Assembly (NCBI RefSeq): GCF_009914755.1
Contig: NC_060937.1
Source: the human T2T-CHM13v2.0 reference genome, Homo sapiens
Reading direction: 5' to 3' (one strand)
DNA: 64,000 nt
A program made the position numbers and the translations under genes. The notes beneath the pieces were generated by a model. It made no database searches and was not told the DNA's origin. It saw only the letters and a list, made by a program, of their open reading frames with translations. Numbering within the stretch: the stretch's first letter is position 1; the number at the start of each line of letters is the position of its first letter. This document shows positions 1 to 13,800 of the stretch, piece after piece.

Positions 1-1573
1 TGAACGTACATCAAATATATAGTATATGCTGCACATAAAATATCAAAGTACCCAAAGTATGTATTATACACTGTACATAAAATATCAAAGTACCAAAAGT
101 ATATATTACATACTGTAAATAAAATATGAAGGTACCTCAAATATATATTATATTCTGTACATAAAATATCAAAGTACACCAAGTATATACTATATACTCT
201 GCATAAAATATTAAATTACCCAAAATATGTATTGCATTGTGTACATAAAATATGAAAGTAACCAAACATTTATAATAAACTGTACATAAAATATCAAAGT
301 ACTCAAACTGTATATTATATACTGTACATAAAGTATCAAAGTACCCAAACTGTGTAGTATATACTGTACATAAAATATCAAGGTACCCAAAATATATATT
401 GTAAACTGTAGATAAAATATCAAAGTACCCAAAATATATATTATATACTGTACATAAAATATGAAGGCACATCCAATATATACTATATTCTGTACATAAA
501 ATATCAAAGTACACCAAATGTATATTATATACTGTACAAAAAATATCAAAGTACCCAAAGTGTATATTATATACTGTACATAAAATATGAAGGTTCATCA
601 AATATATTTTATATTCTGCACATAATATATCAAAGTACAGCAAATATATATTATATACTGTACATAAAATATCAAAGTACCCAAAATATGTATTATATAC
701 TGTACATAAAATATGAAAGTAACCAAACATTTATAATAAACTGTACATAAAGTATCAAAGTACTCAAACTACATATTATATACAGTATATAAAATGTCAA
801 AGTACCCAAACTGTATATTATATACTGTACATAATATATCAAAGTACCCGAATATATAGCATACTGTACATAAAATATCAAGGTACCCAAAGTGTGTATT
901 ATATACTGCACATAAAATATGAAGGTACATAAAATATATATTGTATTCTCTACATAAAATATCAAAGTACTCCAAATATATATTATATGCTGTACATAAT
1001 ATATTATAGTCGCCCAAATATATATTATATACTGTACATAAAATATGAAGGTACATCAAATATATATTATATGCTGCACATAAAATATCAAAGTACCCAA
1101 AGTATGTGTTATATACTGTACATAAAATATCAAAGTACCCAATGTATATATTATATACTGTACATAAAATATAAAATACCCCAAATATATATTATATGCT
1201 GTACATAAAATATCAAAGTACACAAAATATGTATTATATACTGTACATAAAATACCAAAGGACCCAAAATATATATTATATACTGTACATAAAATATCAA
1301 AATACCCAAAATATATATTATATACTGTACATAAAATACCAAAGTACCCAAAGTATATATTATATACCGTACAAAAAATATCAAAGTAGCCAAAATATGT
1401 ATTATACACTGTACATAATATATGAAAGTACCCAAACATTTATAATAAAGTGTACATAAAATATCAATGTACTCAAACTATATATTATGTGCGGTACATA
1501 AGATATCAAAGTACCCATACTATATAGTATATACTGTACTTAAAATATCAAAATACCCAAAATATATATTATA

Positions 1574-4500
1574 TACGTTACATAAACTATCAAATACACA
1601 AAGTATGTATTATGTACTGTACATAAAATAGCAAAGTTCCCAAAATATGTATTACATACTATACATAAAATATGAAAGCACCCAACCATTTATAATAAAC
1701 TCTACATAAAATACCAAAGTACCCAAACTGTGTATTATATACTGTCCATAAAATATCAAAGTACCCAAAATATATATTGTAAACTCTACAGAAAATATCA
1801 AAGTAGCCAAAATACATATTGTATACTGTACATAAAATATAAAAGTACCCCAAATATATATTATATACTGTACATAAAATATCAAAGTACCCATAATACA
1901 TATTATATACTGTACATAAAATATCAAAGGACCCAAAATAAACATTATATACTGTACATAAAATATCCAAATACTCAAAATATATATTACATACTGTACA
2001 TAAAATATCAAAGTACCCAAATTATGTACTATATACTGTACGTAAAATATCAGAGTACCCAAAATATGCATTATATACTGTACATAAAATATGAAAGTAA
2101 CAAAACATTTATAATAAACTGTACATAAAATATCAAAGTACTCAAACTATATATCATATACTGTACATAAAATATCAAAGTACCCAAACTGTGTATTATT
2201 ATATACTGTATATAAAATATCAAAGTACCTGAAATATATATTGTATACTGTACATAAAATATCAATGTACCCAAAATATATACTATATACTGTACATAAA
2301 ATATGAAGGTACATCAAATATATATTATATCCTGTACATAAAATATCAAAGTACTCCTATTATATATTGTGTACTGTACATAATATATTAAATCGCCCAA
2401 ATATATATCGTATACTGTATATAAAATATGAAGGTACTTCAAATATATATTATATGCTGCACATAAAATATCAAAGTACCCAAAGAATGCATTACATACC
2501 GTACATAAAATATCAAGGTACACAAATTATATATTATATACTGTACATAAAATATGTAGGTTCATCAAATATATTTTATATTCTGTACATAATATATCAA
2601 AGTACATCAAATATATATTATATACGGTACATAAAATATCAAAGTACCCAAAATATGTATTATATACTGTACATAAAACATGAAAGTAACCAAACATTTA
2701 TAATAAACTGTACATAAAATATCAAAGTACTCAATCTACATATTATATACAGTATATAAAATATCAAAGTACACAAACTGTATATTATATACTGTACATA
2801 ATATATCAAAGTACCCAGAATATATAGCATACTGTACATACAATATCAAAGTACCCAGAATGTATGTTGTATACTGTACATAAAATATGAAGGTACATCA
2901 AAGATATATTATATTCTGTACATAAAATATCAAAGTACACCAAATATATATTATATGCTGTACATAATATATTAAAGTTGCCCATGTATACATTTTATAC
3001 TGTACATAAAATATGAAGGTACATCAAATATATACTATATGCTGCACATAAAATATCAAAGTATCCAAAGTATGTATTATATACTGTACATAAAATATCA
3101 AAGTACCAAAAGTATATATTACCTACTGTAAATAAAATATGAAGGTACCTCAAATATATATTATATTCTGTACATGAAATATCAAAGTACACCAAGTATA
3201 TACTATATACTCTACATAAAATATTAAATTACCCAAAATATGTATTGTATTGTGTACATAAATTATGAAAGTAACCAAACATTTATAATAAACTGTACAT
3301 AAAATATCAAAGTACTCAAACTGTATATTATATACTGTACATAAAGTATCAAAGTACCCAAACTGTGTAGTATATACTGTACATAAAATATCAAGGTACC
3401 CAAAATATATATTGTAAACTGTAGATAAAATATCAAAATACCCAAACTATATATTATATACTGTACATAAAATATGAAGGCACATCAAATATATATTATA
3501 TTCTGTACATGAAATATCAAAGTACACCAAATGTATATTATATACTGTACATAAAATATCAAAGTACCCAAAGTGTATATTATATACTGTACATAAAATA
3601 TGAAGGTTCATCAAATATATTTTATATTCTGCACATAATATATCAAAGTACAGCAAATATATATTATATACTGTACATAAAATATCAAAGTACCCAAAAT
3701 ATGTATTATATACTGTACATAAAATATGAAAGTAACCAAACATTTATAATAAACTGTACATAAAGTAACAAAGTACTCAAACTACATATTATATACAGTA
3801 TATAAAATGTCAAAGTACCCAAACTGTATATTATATACTGTACATAATATATCAAAGTACCCGAATATATAGCATACTGTACATAAAATATCAAAGTACC
3901 CAAAGTGTGTATTATACACTGCACATAAAATATGAAGGTACATAAAATATATATTGTATTCTGTACATAAAATATCAAAGTACTCCAAATATATATTATA
4001 TGCTGTACATAATATATTAAAGTCGCCCAAATATATATTATATACTGTACATAAAATATGAAGGTACATCAAATATATATTATATGCTGCACATAAAATA
4101 TCAAAGTACCCAAAGTATGTGTTATATACTGTACATAAAATATCAAAGTACCCAAAGTATATATTATATACTGTACATAAAATATAAAATACCCCAAATA
4201 TATATTATATGCTGTACATAAAATATCAAAGTACACAAAATATGTATTATATACTGTACATAAAATACCAAAGGACCCAAAATATATATTATATACTGTA
4301 CATAAAATATCAAAATACCCAAAATATATATTATATACTGTACATAAAATACCAAAGAACCCAAAGTATATATTATATACCGTACAAAAAATATCAAAGT
4401 AGCCAAAATATGTATTATACACTGTACATAATATATGAAAGTACCCAAACATTTATAATAAACTGTACATAAAATATCAATGTACTCAAACTATATATTA

Positions 4501-4586
4501 TGTGCGCTACATAAGATATCAAAGTACCCATACTATATAGTATATACTGTACTTAAAATATCAAAATACCCAAAATATATATTATA
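1574..4586 (+). repeat. Short higher-order unit (S), 3013 bp = 72 monomers; representative copy
   Basis: The marker TACGTTACATAAACTATC lies at 1574 and 4587. Internal CATTTATAATAA landmarks at 269, 730, 1439, 1689, 2108, 2697 and 3282 give blocks of 11+17+6+10+14+14 = 72 monomers. Other S-length units (3012-3023 bp) start at 7894, 14223, 20553, 28961 and 40498. Confidence 0.9.
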
Positions 4587-7500
4587 TACGTTACATAAAC
4601 TATCAAATACACAAAGTATGTATTATATACTGTACATAAAATAGCAAAGTTCCCAAAATATGTATTATATACTGTACATAAAATATGAAAGTACCCAACC
4701 ATTTATAATAAAGTCTACATAAAATACCAAAGTACCCAAACTGTGTATTATATACTGTCCATAAAATATCAAAGGACCCAAAATATATATCGTAAACTCT
4801 ACATAAAATATCAAAGTAGCCAAAATACATATTGTATACTGTACATAAAATATAAAAGTACCCCAAATATATATTATATACTGTACATAAAATATCAAAG
4901 TAACCATAATACATATTATATACTGTACATAAAATATCAAAGGACCCAAAATAAACATTATATACTGTACATAAAATATCCAAATACTCAAAATATATAT
5001 TACATACTGTACATAAAATATCAAAGTACCCAAATTATGTATTATATACTGTACGTAAAATATCAGAGTACCCAAAATATGCATTATATACTGTACATAA
5101 AATATGAAAGTAACAAAACATTTATAATAAACTGTACATAAAATATCAAAGTACTCAAACTATATATCATATACTGTACATAAAATATCAAAGTACCCAA
5201 ACTGTGTATTATTACATACTGTATATAAAATATCAAAGTACCTGAAATATATATTGTATACTGTACATAAAATATCAAAGTACCCAAAATATATACTATA
5301 TACTGTACATAAAATATGAAGGTACATCAAATATATATTATATCCTGTACATAAAATATCAAAGTACTCCTATTATATATTGTGTACTGTACATAATATA
5401 TTAAATCGCCCAAATATATATTGTATACTGTATATAAAATATGAAGGTACTTCAAATATATATTATATGCTGTCAATAAAATATCAAAGTACCCAAAGTA
5501 TGCATTACATACTGTACATAAAATATCAAAGTACACAAATTATATATTATATTCTGTACATAAAATATGTAGGTTCATCAAATATATTTTATATTCTGTA
5601 CATAATATATCAAAGTACATCAAATATATATTATATACGGTACATAAAATATCAAAGTACCCAAAATATGTACTATTTAATGTACATAAAATATGAAAGT
5701 AACCAAACTTTTATAATAAACTGTACATAAAATATCAAAGTACTCAATCTACATATTATATACAGTATATAAAATATCAAAGTACACAAACTGTATATTA
5801 TATACTGTACATAATATATCAAAGTACCCAGAATATGTAGCATACTGTACATACAATATCAAAGTACCCAGAATGTATATTGTATACTGTACATAAAATA
5901 TGAAGGTACATCAAAGATATATTATATTCTGTACATAAAATATCAAACTACACCAAATATATATTATATGCTGTACATAATATATTAAAGTTGCCCATGT
6001 ATACATTTTATACTGTACATAAAATATGAAGGTACATCAAATATATAGTATATGCTGCACATAAAATATCAAAGTACCCAAAGTATGTATTATATACTGT
6101 ACATAAAATATCAAAGTACCAAAAGTATATATTACCTACTGTAAATAAAATATGAAGATACCTCAAATATATATTATATTCTGTACATGAAATATCAAAG
6201 TACACCAAGTATATACTATATACTCTACATAAAATATTAAATTACCCAAAATATGTATTGTATTGTGTACATAAAATATGAAAGTAACCAAACATTTATA
6301 ATAAACTGTACATAAAATATCAAAGTACTCAAACTTTATATTATATACTGTACATAAAGTATCAAAGTACCCACACTGTGTAGTATATACTGTACATAAA
6401 ATATCAAGGTACCCAAAATGTATATTGTAAACTGTAGATAAAATATCAAAGTACCCAAAATATATATTATATACTGTACATAAAATATGAAGGCACATCC
6501 AATATATATTATATTCTGTACATAAAATATCAAAGTACACCAAATGTATATTATATACTGTACATAAAATATAAAACTACCCCAAATATATCTTATATAC
6601 TCTACATAAAATATCAAAGTACCCAAAATATATATTATATACTGTACATAATATATCAAAGTACCCATAGTATGTATTATATCCTGTACATAAAATATGA
6701 AAGTACGTCAAATATATATTCTATTCTGCACATAAAATATCATATTGCACCAAATATATATTGTATACTGTATATAAAATATGAAGGTACTTCAAATATA
6801 TATTATATGCTGCACATAAAATATCAAAGTACCCAAAGTATGCATTATATACTGTACATAAAATATCAAAGTACCCAAAGTGTATATTATATACTGTACA
6901 TAAAATATGAAGGTTCATCAAATATATTTTATATTCTGCACATAATATATCAAAGTACAGCAAATATATATTATATACTGTACATAAAATAACAAAGTAA
7001 CAAAAATATGTATTATATACTGTACATAAAATATGAAAGTAACCAAATATTTATAATAAACTGTATATAAAATATCAAAGAACTCAAACTACATATTATA
7101 TACAGTATATAAAATATCAAAGTACCCAAACTATATATTATATACTGTACATACTATATCAAAGTACCCGAATATATAGCATACTGTACATAAAATATCA
7201 AATTACCCAAAATATATATTGTATACTGTACATAAAATATGAAGGTACATCAAAGATATATTATATTCTGTACATAAAATATCAAAGTACACCAAATATA
7301 TATTATATCCTGTACAGAATATATTAAAGTCGACCAAATGTATATTATATACTGTACATAAAATATGAAGGTACATCAAATATATATTATATGCTGCACA
7401 TAAAATATCAAAGTACCCAAAGTATGTGTTATATACTGTACATAAAATATCAAAGTACCCAAAGTATATATTATATACTGTACATAAAATATAAAATACC

Positions 7501-7893
7501 CCAAATATATATTATATGCTGTACATAAAATATCAAAGTACACAAAATATGCATTATGTACTGTACATAAATTATCAAAGGACCCAAAATATATATTATA
7601 TAGTGTACATAAAATATCAAAATACCCAAAATATATATTATATACTGTACATAAAATACCAAAGTACCCAAAGTATATATTATATACTGTATAAAAAATA
7701 TCAAAGTAGCCAAAATATGTATTATACACTGTACATAATATATGAAAGTACCCAAACATTTATAATAAACTGTACATAAAATATCAATGTACTCAAACTA
7801 TATATTATGTGCGGTACTTAAGATATCAAAGTACCCATACTATATAGTATGTACTGTACTTAAAATATCAAAATACCCAAAATATATATTATA
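4587..7893 (+). repeat. Long higher-order unit (L), 3307 bp = 79 monomers (S plus a 294-bp cassette); representative copy
   Basis: Marker spacing 4587->7894 is 3307 = 3013 + 7x42. Other L units (3307 or 3317 bp) start at 10906, 17236, 23565, 31984, 45600 and 55107. Confidence 0.9.
6562..6855 (+). repeat. 294-bp, 7-monomer cassette diagnostic of L units
   Basis: It contains the distinctive words AAAACTACCCC, CCCATAGTATG and CATATTGCACC and is absent from S units (compare 531-560). Copies start at about 6562, 12891, 19221, 25540, 33959, 39166, 47575, 52981, 57082 and 63621. Confidence 0.88.
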
Positions 7894-10800
7894 TACGTTA
7901 CATAAACTATCAAATACACAAAGTATGTATTACATACTGTACATAAAATAGCAAAGTTCCCAAAATATGTATTATATACTGTACATAAAATATGAAAGTA
8001 CCCAACCATTTATAATAACCTCTACATAAAATACCAAAGTACCCAAACTGTGTATTATATACTCTCCATAAAATATCAAAGTACCCAAAATATATATTGT
8101 CAACTGTACATGAAATATCAAAGTAGCCAAAATATATATAGTATACCGTACATAAAATATAAAAGTACCCCAAATATGTATTATATACTGTACATAAAAT
8201 ATCAAAGTACCGATAATACATATTATATAGTGTACATAAAATATCAGAGGACCCAAAATAAACATTATATACTGTACATAAAATATCCAAATACTCAAAA
8301 TATATATTACATACTGTACATAAAATATCAAAGTACCCAAATTATGTATTATATACTGTACATAAAATATCAGAGTACCCAAAATATGCATTATATACTG
8401 TACATAAAATATGAAAGTAACAAAACATTTATAATAAACTGTACATAAAATATCAAAGTACTCAAACTATATATCATATACTGTACATAAAATATCAAAG
8501 TACCCAAACTGTGTATTATTATATACTGTATATAAAATATCAAAGTACCTGAAATATATACTGTATACTGTACATAAAATATCAAAGTACCCAAAATATA
8601 TACTATATACTGTACATAAAATATGAAGGTACATCAAATATATATTGTATCCTGTACATAAAATATCAAAGTACACCTATTATATATTGTGTACTGTACA
8701 TAATATATTAAATCGCCCAAATATATATTGTATACTGTATATAAAATATGAAGGTACTTCAAATATATATTATATGCTGCACATAAAATATCAAAGTACC
8801 CAAAGTATGCATTACATACTGTACATAAAATATCAAAGTACCCAAAGTGTATATTATATACTGTACATAAAATATGAAGGTTCATCAAATATATTTTATA
8901 TTCTGCACAAAATATATCAAAGTACAGCAAATATATATTATATACTGTACATAAAATAACAAAGTACCAAAAACATGTATTATATACTGTACATAAAATA
9001 TGAAAGTAACCAAATATTTATGATAAACTGTATATGAAATATCAAAGTACTCAAACTACATATTATATACAGTATATAAAATATCAAAGTACCCAAACTG
9101 TATATTATATACTGTACATACTATATCAAAGTACCCGAATATATAGCATACTGTACATAAAATATCAAAGTACCCAAAATATATATTGTATACTGTACAT
9201 AAAATATGAAGGTACATCTAAGATATATTATATTCTGTACATAAAATATCAAATTACACCAAATATATATTATATGCTGTACATAATATATTAAAGTCGA
9301 CCAAATATATATTATATACTGTACATAAAATATGAAGATACATCAAATATATATTATATGCTGCACATAAAATATCAAAGTACCCAAAGTATGTATTATA
9401 CACTGTACATAAAATATCAAAGTACCAAAAGTATATATTACATACTGTAAATAAAATATGAAGGTACCTCAAATATATATTATATTCTGTACATAAAATA
9501 TCAAAGTACACCAAGTATATACTATATACTCTGCATAAAATATTAAATTACCCAAAATATGTATTGTATTGTGTACATAAAATATGAAAGTAACCAAACA
9601 TTTATAATAAACTGTACATAAAATATCAAAGTACTCAAACTGTATATTATATACTGTACATAAAATATCAAAGCACCCAAACTGTGTAGTATATACTGTA
9701 CATAAATTATCAAGGTACCCAAAATATATATTGTAAACTGTAGATAAAATATCAAAATACCCAAACTATATATTATATACTGTACATAAAATATGAAGGC
9801 ACATCAAATATATATTATATTCTGTACATAAAATATCAAAATACACCAAATGTATATTATATACTGTACATAAAATATCAAAGTACCCAAAGTGTATATT
9901 ATATACTGTACATAAAATATGAAGGTTCATCAAATATATTTTATATTCTGCACATAATATATCAAAGTACAGCAAATATATATTATATACTGTACATAAA
10001 ATATCAAAGTACCCAAAATATGTATTATATACTGTACATAAAATATGAAAGTAACCAAACATTTATAATAAACTGTACATAAAGTAACAAAGTACTCAAA
10101 CTACATATTATATACAGTATATAAAATGTCAAAGTACCCAAACTGTATATTATATACTGTACATAATATATCAAAGTACCCGAATATATAGCATACTGTA
10201 CATAAAATATCAAAGTACCCAAAGTGTGTATTATACACTGCACATAAAATATGAAGGTACATAAAATATATATTGTATTCTGTACATAAAATATCAAAGT
10301 ACTCCAAATATATATTATATGCTGTACATAATATATTAAAGTCGCCCAAATATATATTATATACTGTACATAAAATATGAAGGTACATCAAATATATATT
10401 ATATGCTGCACATAAAATATCAAAGTACCCAAAGTATGTGTTATATACTGTACATAAAATATCAAAGTACCCAAAGTATATATTATATACTGTACATAAA
10501 ATATAAAATACCCCAAATATATATTATATGCTCTACATAAAATATCAAAGTACACAAAATATGTATTATATACTGTACATAAAATACCAAAGGACCCAAA
10601 ATATATATTATATACTGTACATAAAATATCAAAATACCCAAAATATATATTATATACTGTACATAAAATACCAAAGTACCCAAAGTATATATTATATACC
10701 GTACAAAAAATATCAAAGTAGCCAAAATATGTATTATACACTGTACATAATATATGAAAGTACCCAAACATTTATAATAAACTGTACATAAAATATCAAT

Positions 10801-13800
10801 GTACTCAAACTATATATTATGTGCGGTACATAAGATATCAAAGTACCCATACTATATAGTATATACTGTACTTAAAATATCAAAATACCCAAAATATATA
10901 TTATATACGTTACATAAACTATCAAATACACAAAGTATGTATTATATACTGTACATAAAATAGAAAAGTTCCCAAAATATGTATTATATATATTATAAAT
11001 ATGTACATAAAATATGAAAGTACCCAACCATTTATAATAAACTCTACATAAAACAACAAAGTACCCAAACTGTGTATTATATACTGTCCATAAAATATCA
11101 AAGTACCCAAAATATATATTGTAAACTCTACATAAAATATAAAAGTAGCCAAAATACATATTGTATACTGTACATAAAATATAAAAGTACCCCAAATATA
11201 TATTATATACTGTACATAAAATATCAAAGTACCCATAATACCTATTATATACTGTACATAAAATATCAAAGGACCCAAAATAAACATTATATACTGTACA
11301 TAAAATATCCAAATACTCAAAATATATATTACATACTGTACATAAAATATCAAAGTACCCAAATTATGTACTATATACTGTACGTAAAATATCAGAGTAC
11401 CCAAAATATGCATTATATACTGTACATAAAATATGAAAGTAACAAAACATTTATAATAAACTGTACATAAAATATCAAAGTACTCAAACTATATATCATA
11501 TACTGTACATAAAATATCAAAGTACCCAAACTGTGTATTATTATATACTGTATATAAAATATCAAAGTACCTGAAATATATATTGTATACTGTACATAAA
11601 ATATCAAAGTACACAAAATATGTACTATATACTGTACATAAAATATGAAGGTACATCAAATATATATTATATCCTGTACATAAAATATCAAAGTACACCT
11701 ATTATATATTGTGTACTGTACATAATATATTAAATCGCCCAAATATATATTGTATACTGTATATAAAATATGAAGGTACTTCAAATATATATTATATGCT
11801 GCACATAAAATATCAAAGTACCCAAGGTATGCATTACATACTGTACATAAAATATCAAAGTACACAAATTATATATTATATACTGTACATAAAATATGTA
11901 GGTTCATCAAGTATATTTTATATTCTGTACATAATATATCAAAGTACATCAAATATATATTATATACGGTACATAAAATATCAAATTACCCAAAATATAT
12001 ATTATTTACTGTACATAAAATATGAAAGTAACCAAACATTTATAATAAACTGTACATAAATTATCAAAGTACTCAATCTACATATTATATACGGTATATA
12101 AAATATCAAAGTACACAAACTCGATATTATATACTGTACATAATATGTCAAAGTACCCAGAATATATAGCATACTGTACATACAATATCAAAGTACCCAG
12201 AATGTATATTGTATACTGTACATAAAATATGAAGGTACATCAAAGATATATTATATTCTGTACATAAAATATCAAAGTACACCAAATATATATTATATGC
12301 TGTACATAATATATTAAAGTTGCCCATGTATACATTTTATACTGTACATAAAATATGAAGGTACATCAAATATATAGTATATGCTGCACATAAAATATCA
12401 AAGTACCCAAAGTATGTATTATATACTGTACATAAAATATCAAAGTACCAAAAGTATATATTACCTACTGTAAATAAAATATGAAGATACCTCAAATATA
12501 TATTATATTCTGTACATGAAATATCAAAGTACACCAAGTATATACTATATACTCTACATAAAATATTAAATTACCCAAAATATGTATTGTATTGTGTACA
12601 TAAAATATGAAAATAACCAAACATTTATAATAAACTGTACATAAAATATCAAAGTACTCAAACTTTATATTATATACTGTACATAAAGTATCAAAGTACC
12701 CAAACTGTGTAGTATATACTGTACATAAAATATCAAGGTACCCAAAATGTATATTGTAAACTGTAGATAAAATATCAAAGTACCCAAAATATATATTATA
12801 TACTGTACATAAAATATGAAGGCACATCCAATATATATTATATTCTGTACATAAAATATCAAAGTACACCAAATGTATATTATATACTGTACATAAAATA
12901 TAAAACTACCCCAAATATATCTTATATACTCTACATAAAATATCTAAGTACCCAAAATATATATTATATACTGTACATAATATATCAAAGTACCCATAGT
13001 ATGTATTATATCCTGTACATAAAATATGAAAGTACGTCAAATATATATTCTATTCTGCACATAAAATATCATATTGCACCAAATATATATTGTATACTGT
13101 ATATAAAATATGAAGGTACTTCAAATATATATTATATGCTGCACATAAAATATCAAAGTACCCAAAGTATGCATTATATACTGTACATAAAATATCAAAG
13201 TACCCAAAGTGTATATTATATACTGTACATAAAATATGAAGGTTCATCAAATATATTTTATATTCTGCACATAATATATCAAAGTACAGCAAATATATAT
13301 TATATACTGTACATAAAATAACAAAGTAACAAAAATATGTATTATATACTGTACATAAAATATGAAAGTAACCAAATATTTATAATAAACTGTATATAAA
13401 ATATCAAAGAACTCAAACTACATATTATATACAGTATATAAAATATCAAAGTACCCAAACTATATATTATATACTGTACATACTATATCAAAGTACCCGA
13501 ATATAGAGCATACTGTACATAAAATATCAAATTACCCAAAATATATATTGTATACTGTACATAAAATATGAAGGTACATCAAAGATATATTATATTCTGT
13601 ACATAAAATATCAAAGTACACCAAATATATATTATATGCTGTACAGAATATATTAAAGTCGACCAAATGTATATTATATACTGTACATAAAATATGAAGG
13701 TACATCAAATATATATTATATGCTGCACATAAAATATCAAAGAACCCAAAGTATGTATTATATACTGTACATAAAATATCAAAGTACCCAAAGTATATAT

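Noticed and set aside
776-792. Interrupted palindrome TTATATAC-A-GTATATAA and other TA-rich dyads
   Set aside because: These have short AT-rich arms expected from the monomer's TA content, with no support for a specific hairpin or binding site.
786-794. TATA-box-like TATATAAAA words
   Set aside because: They arise from a single C-to-T change in TACATAAAA within very AT-rich DNA and have no other promoter context.
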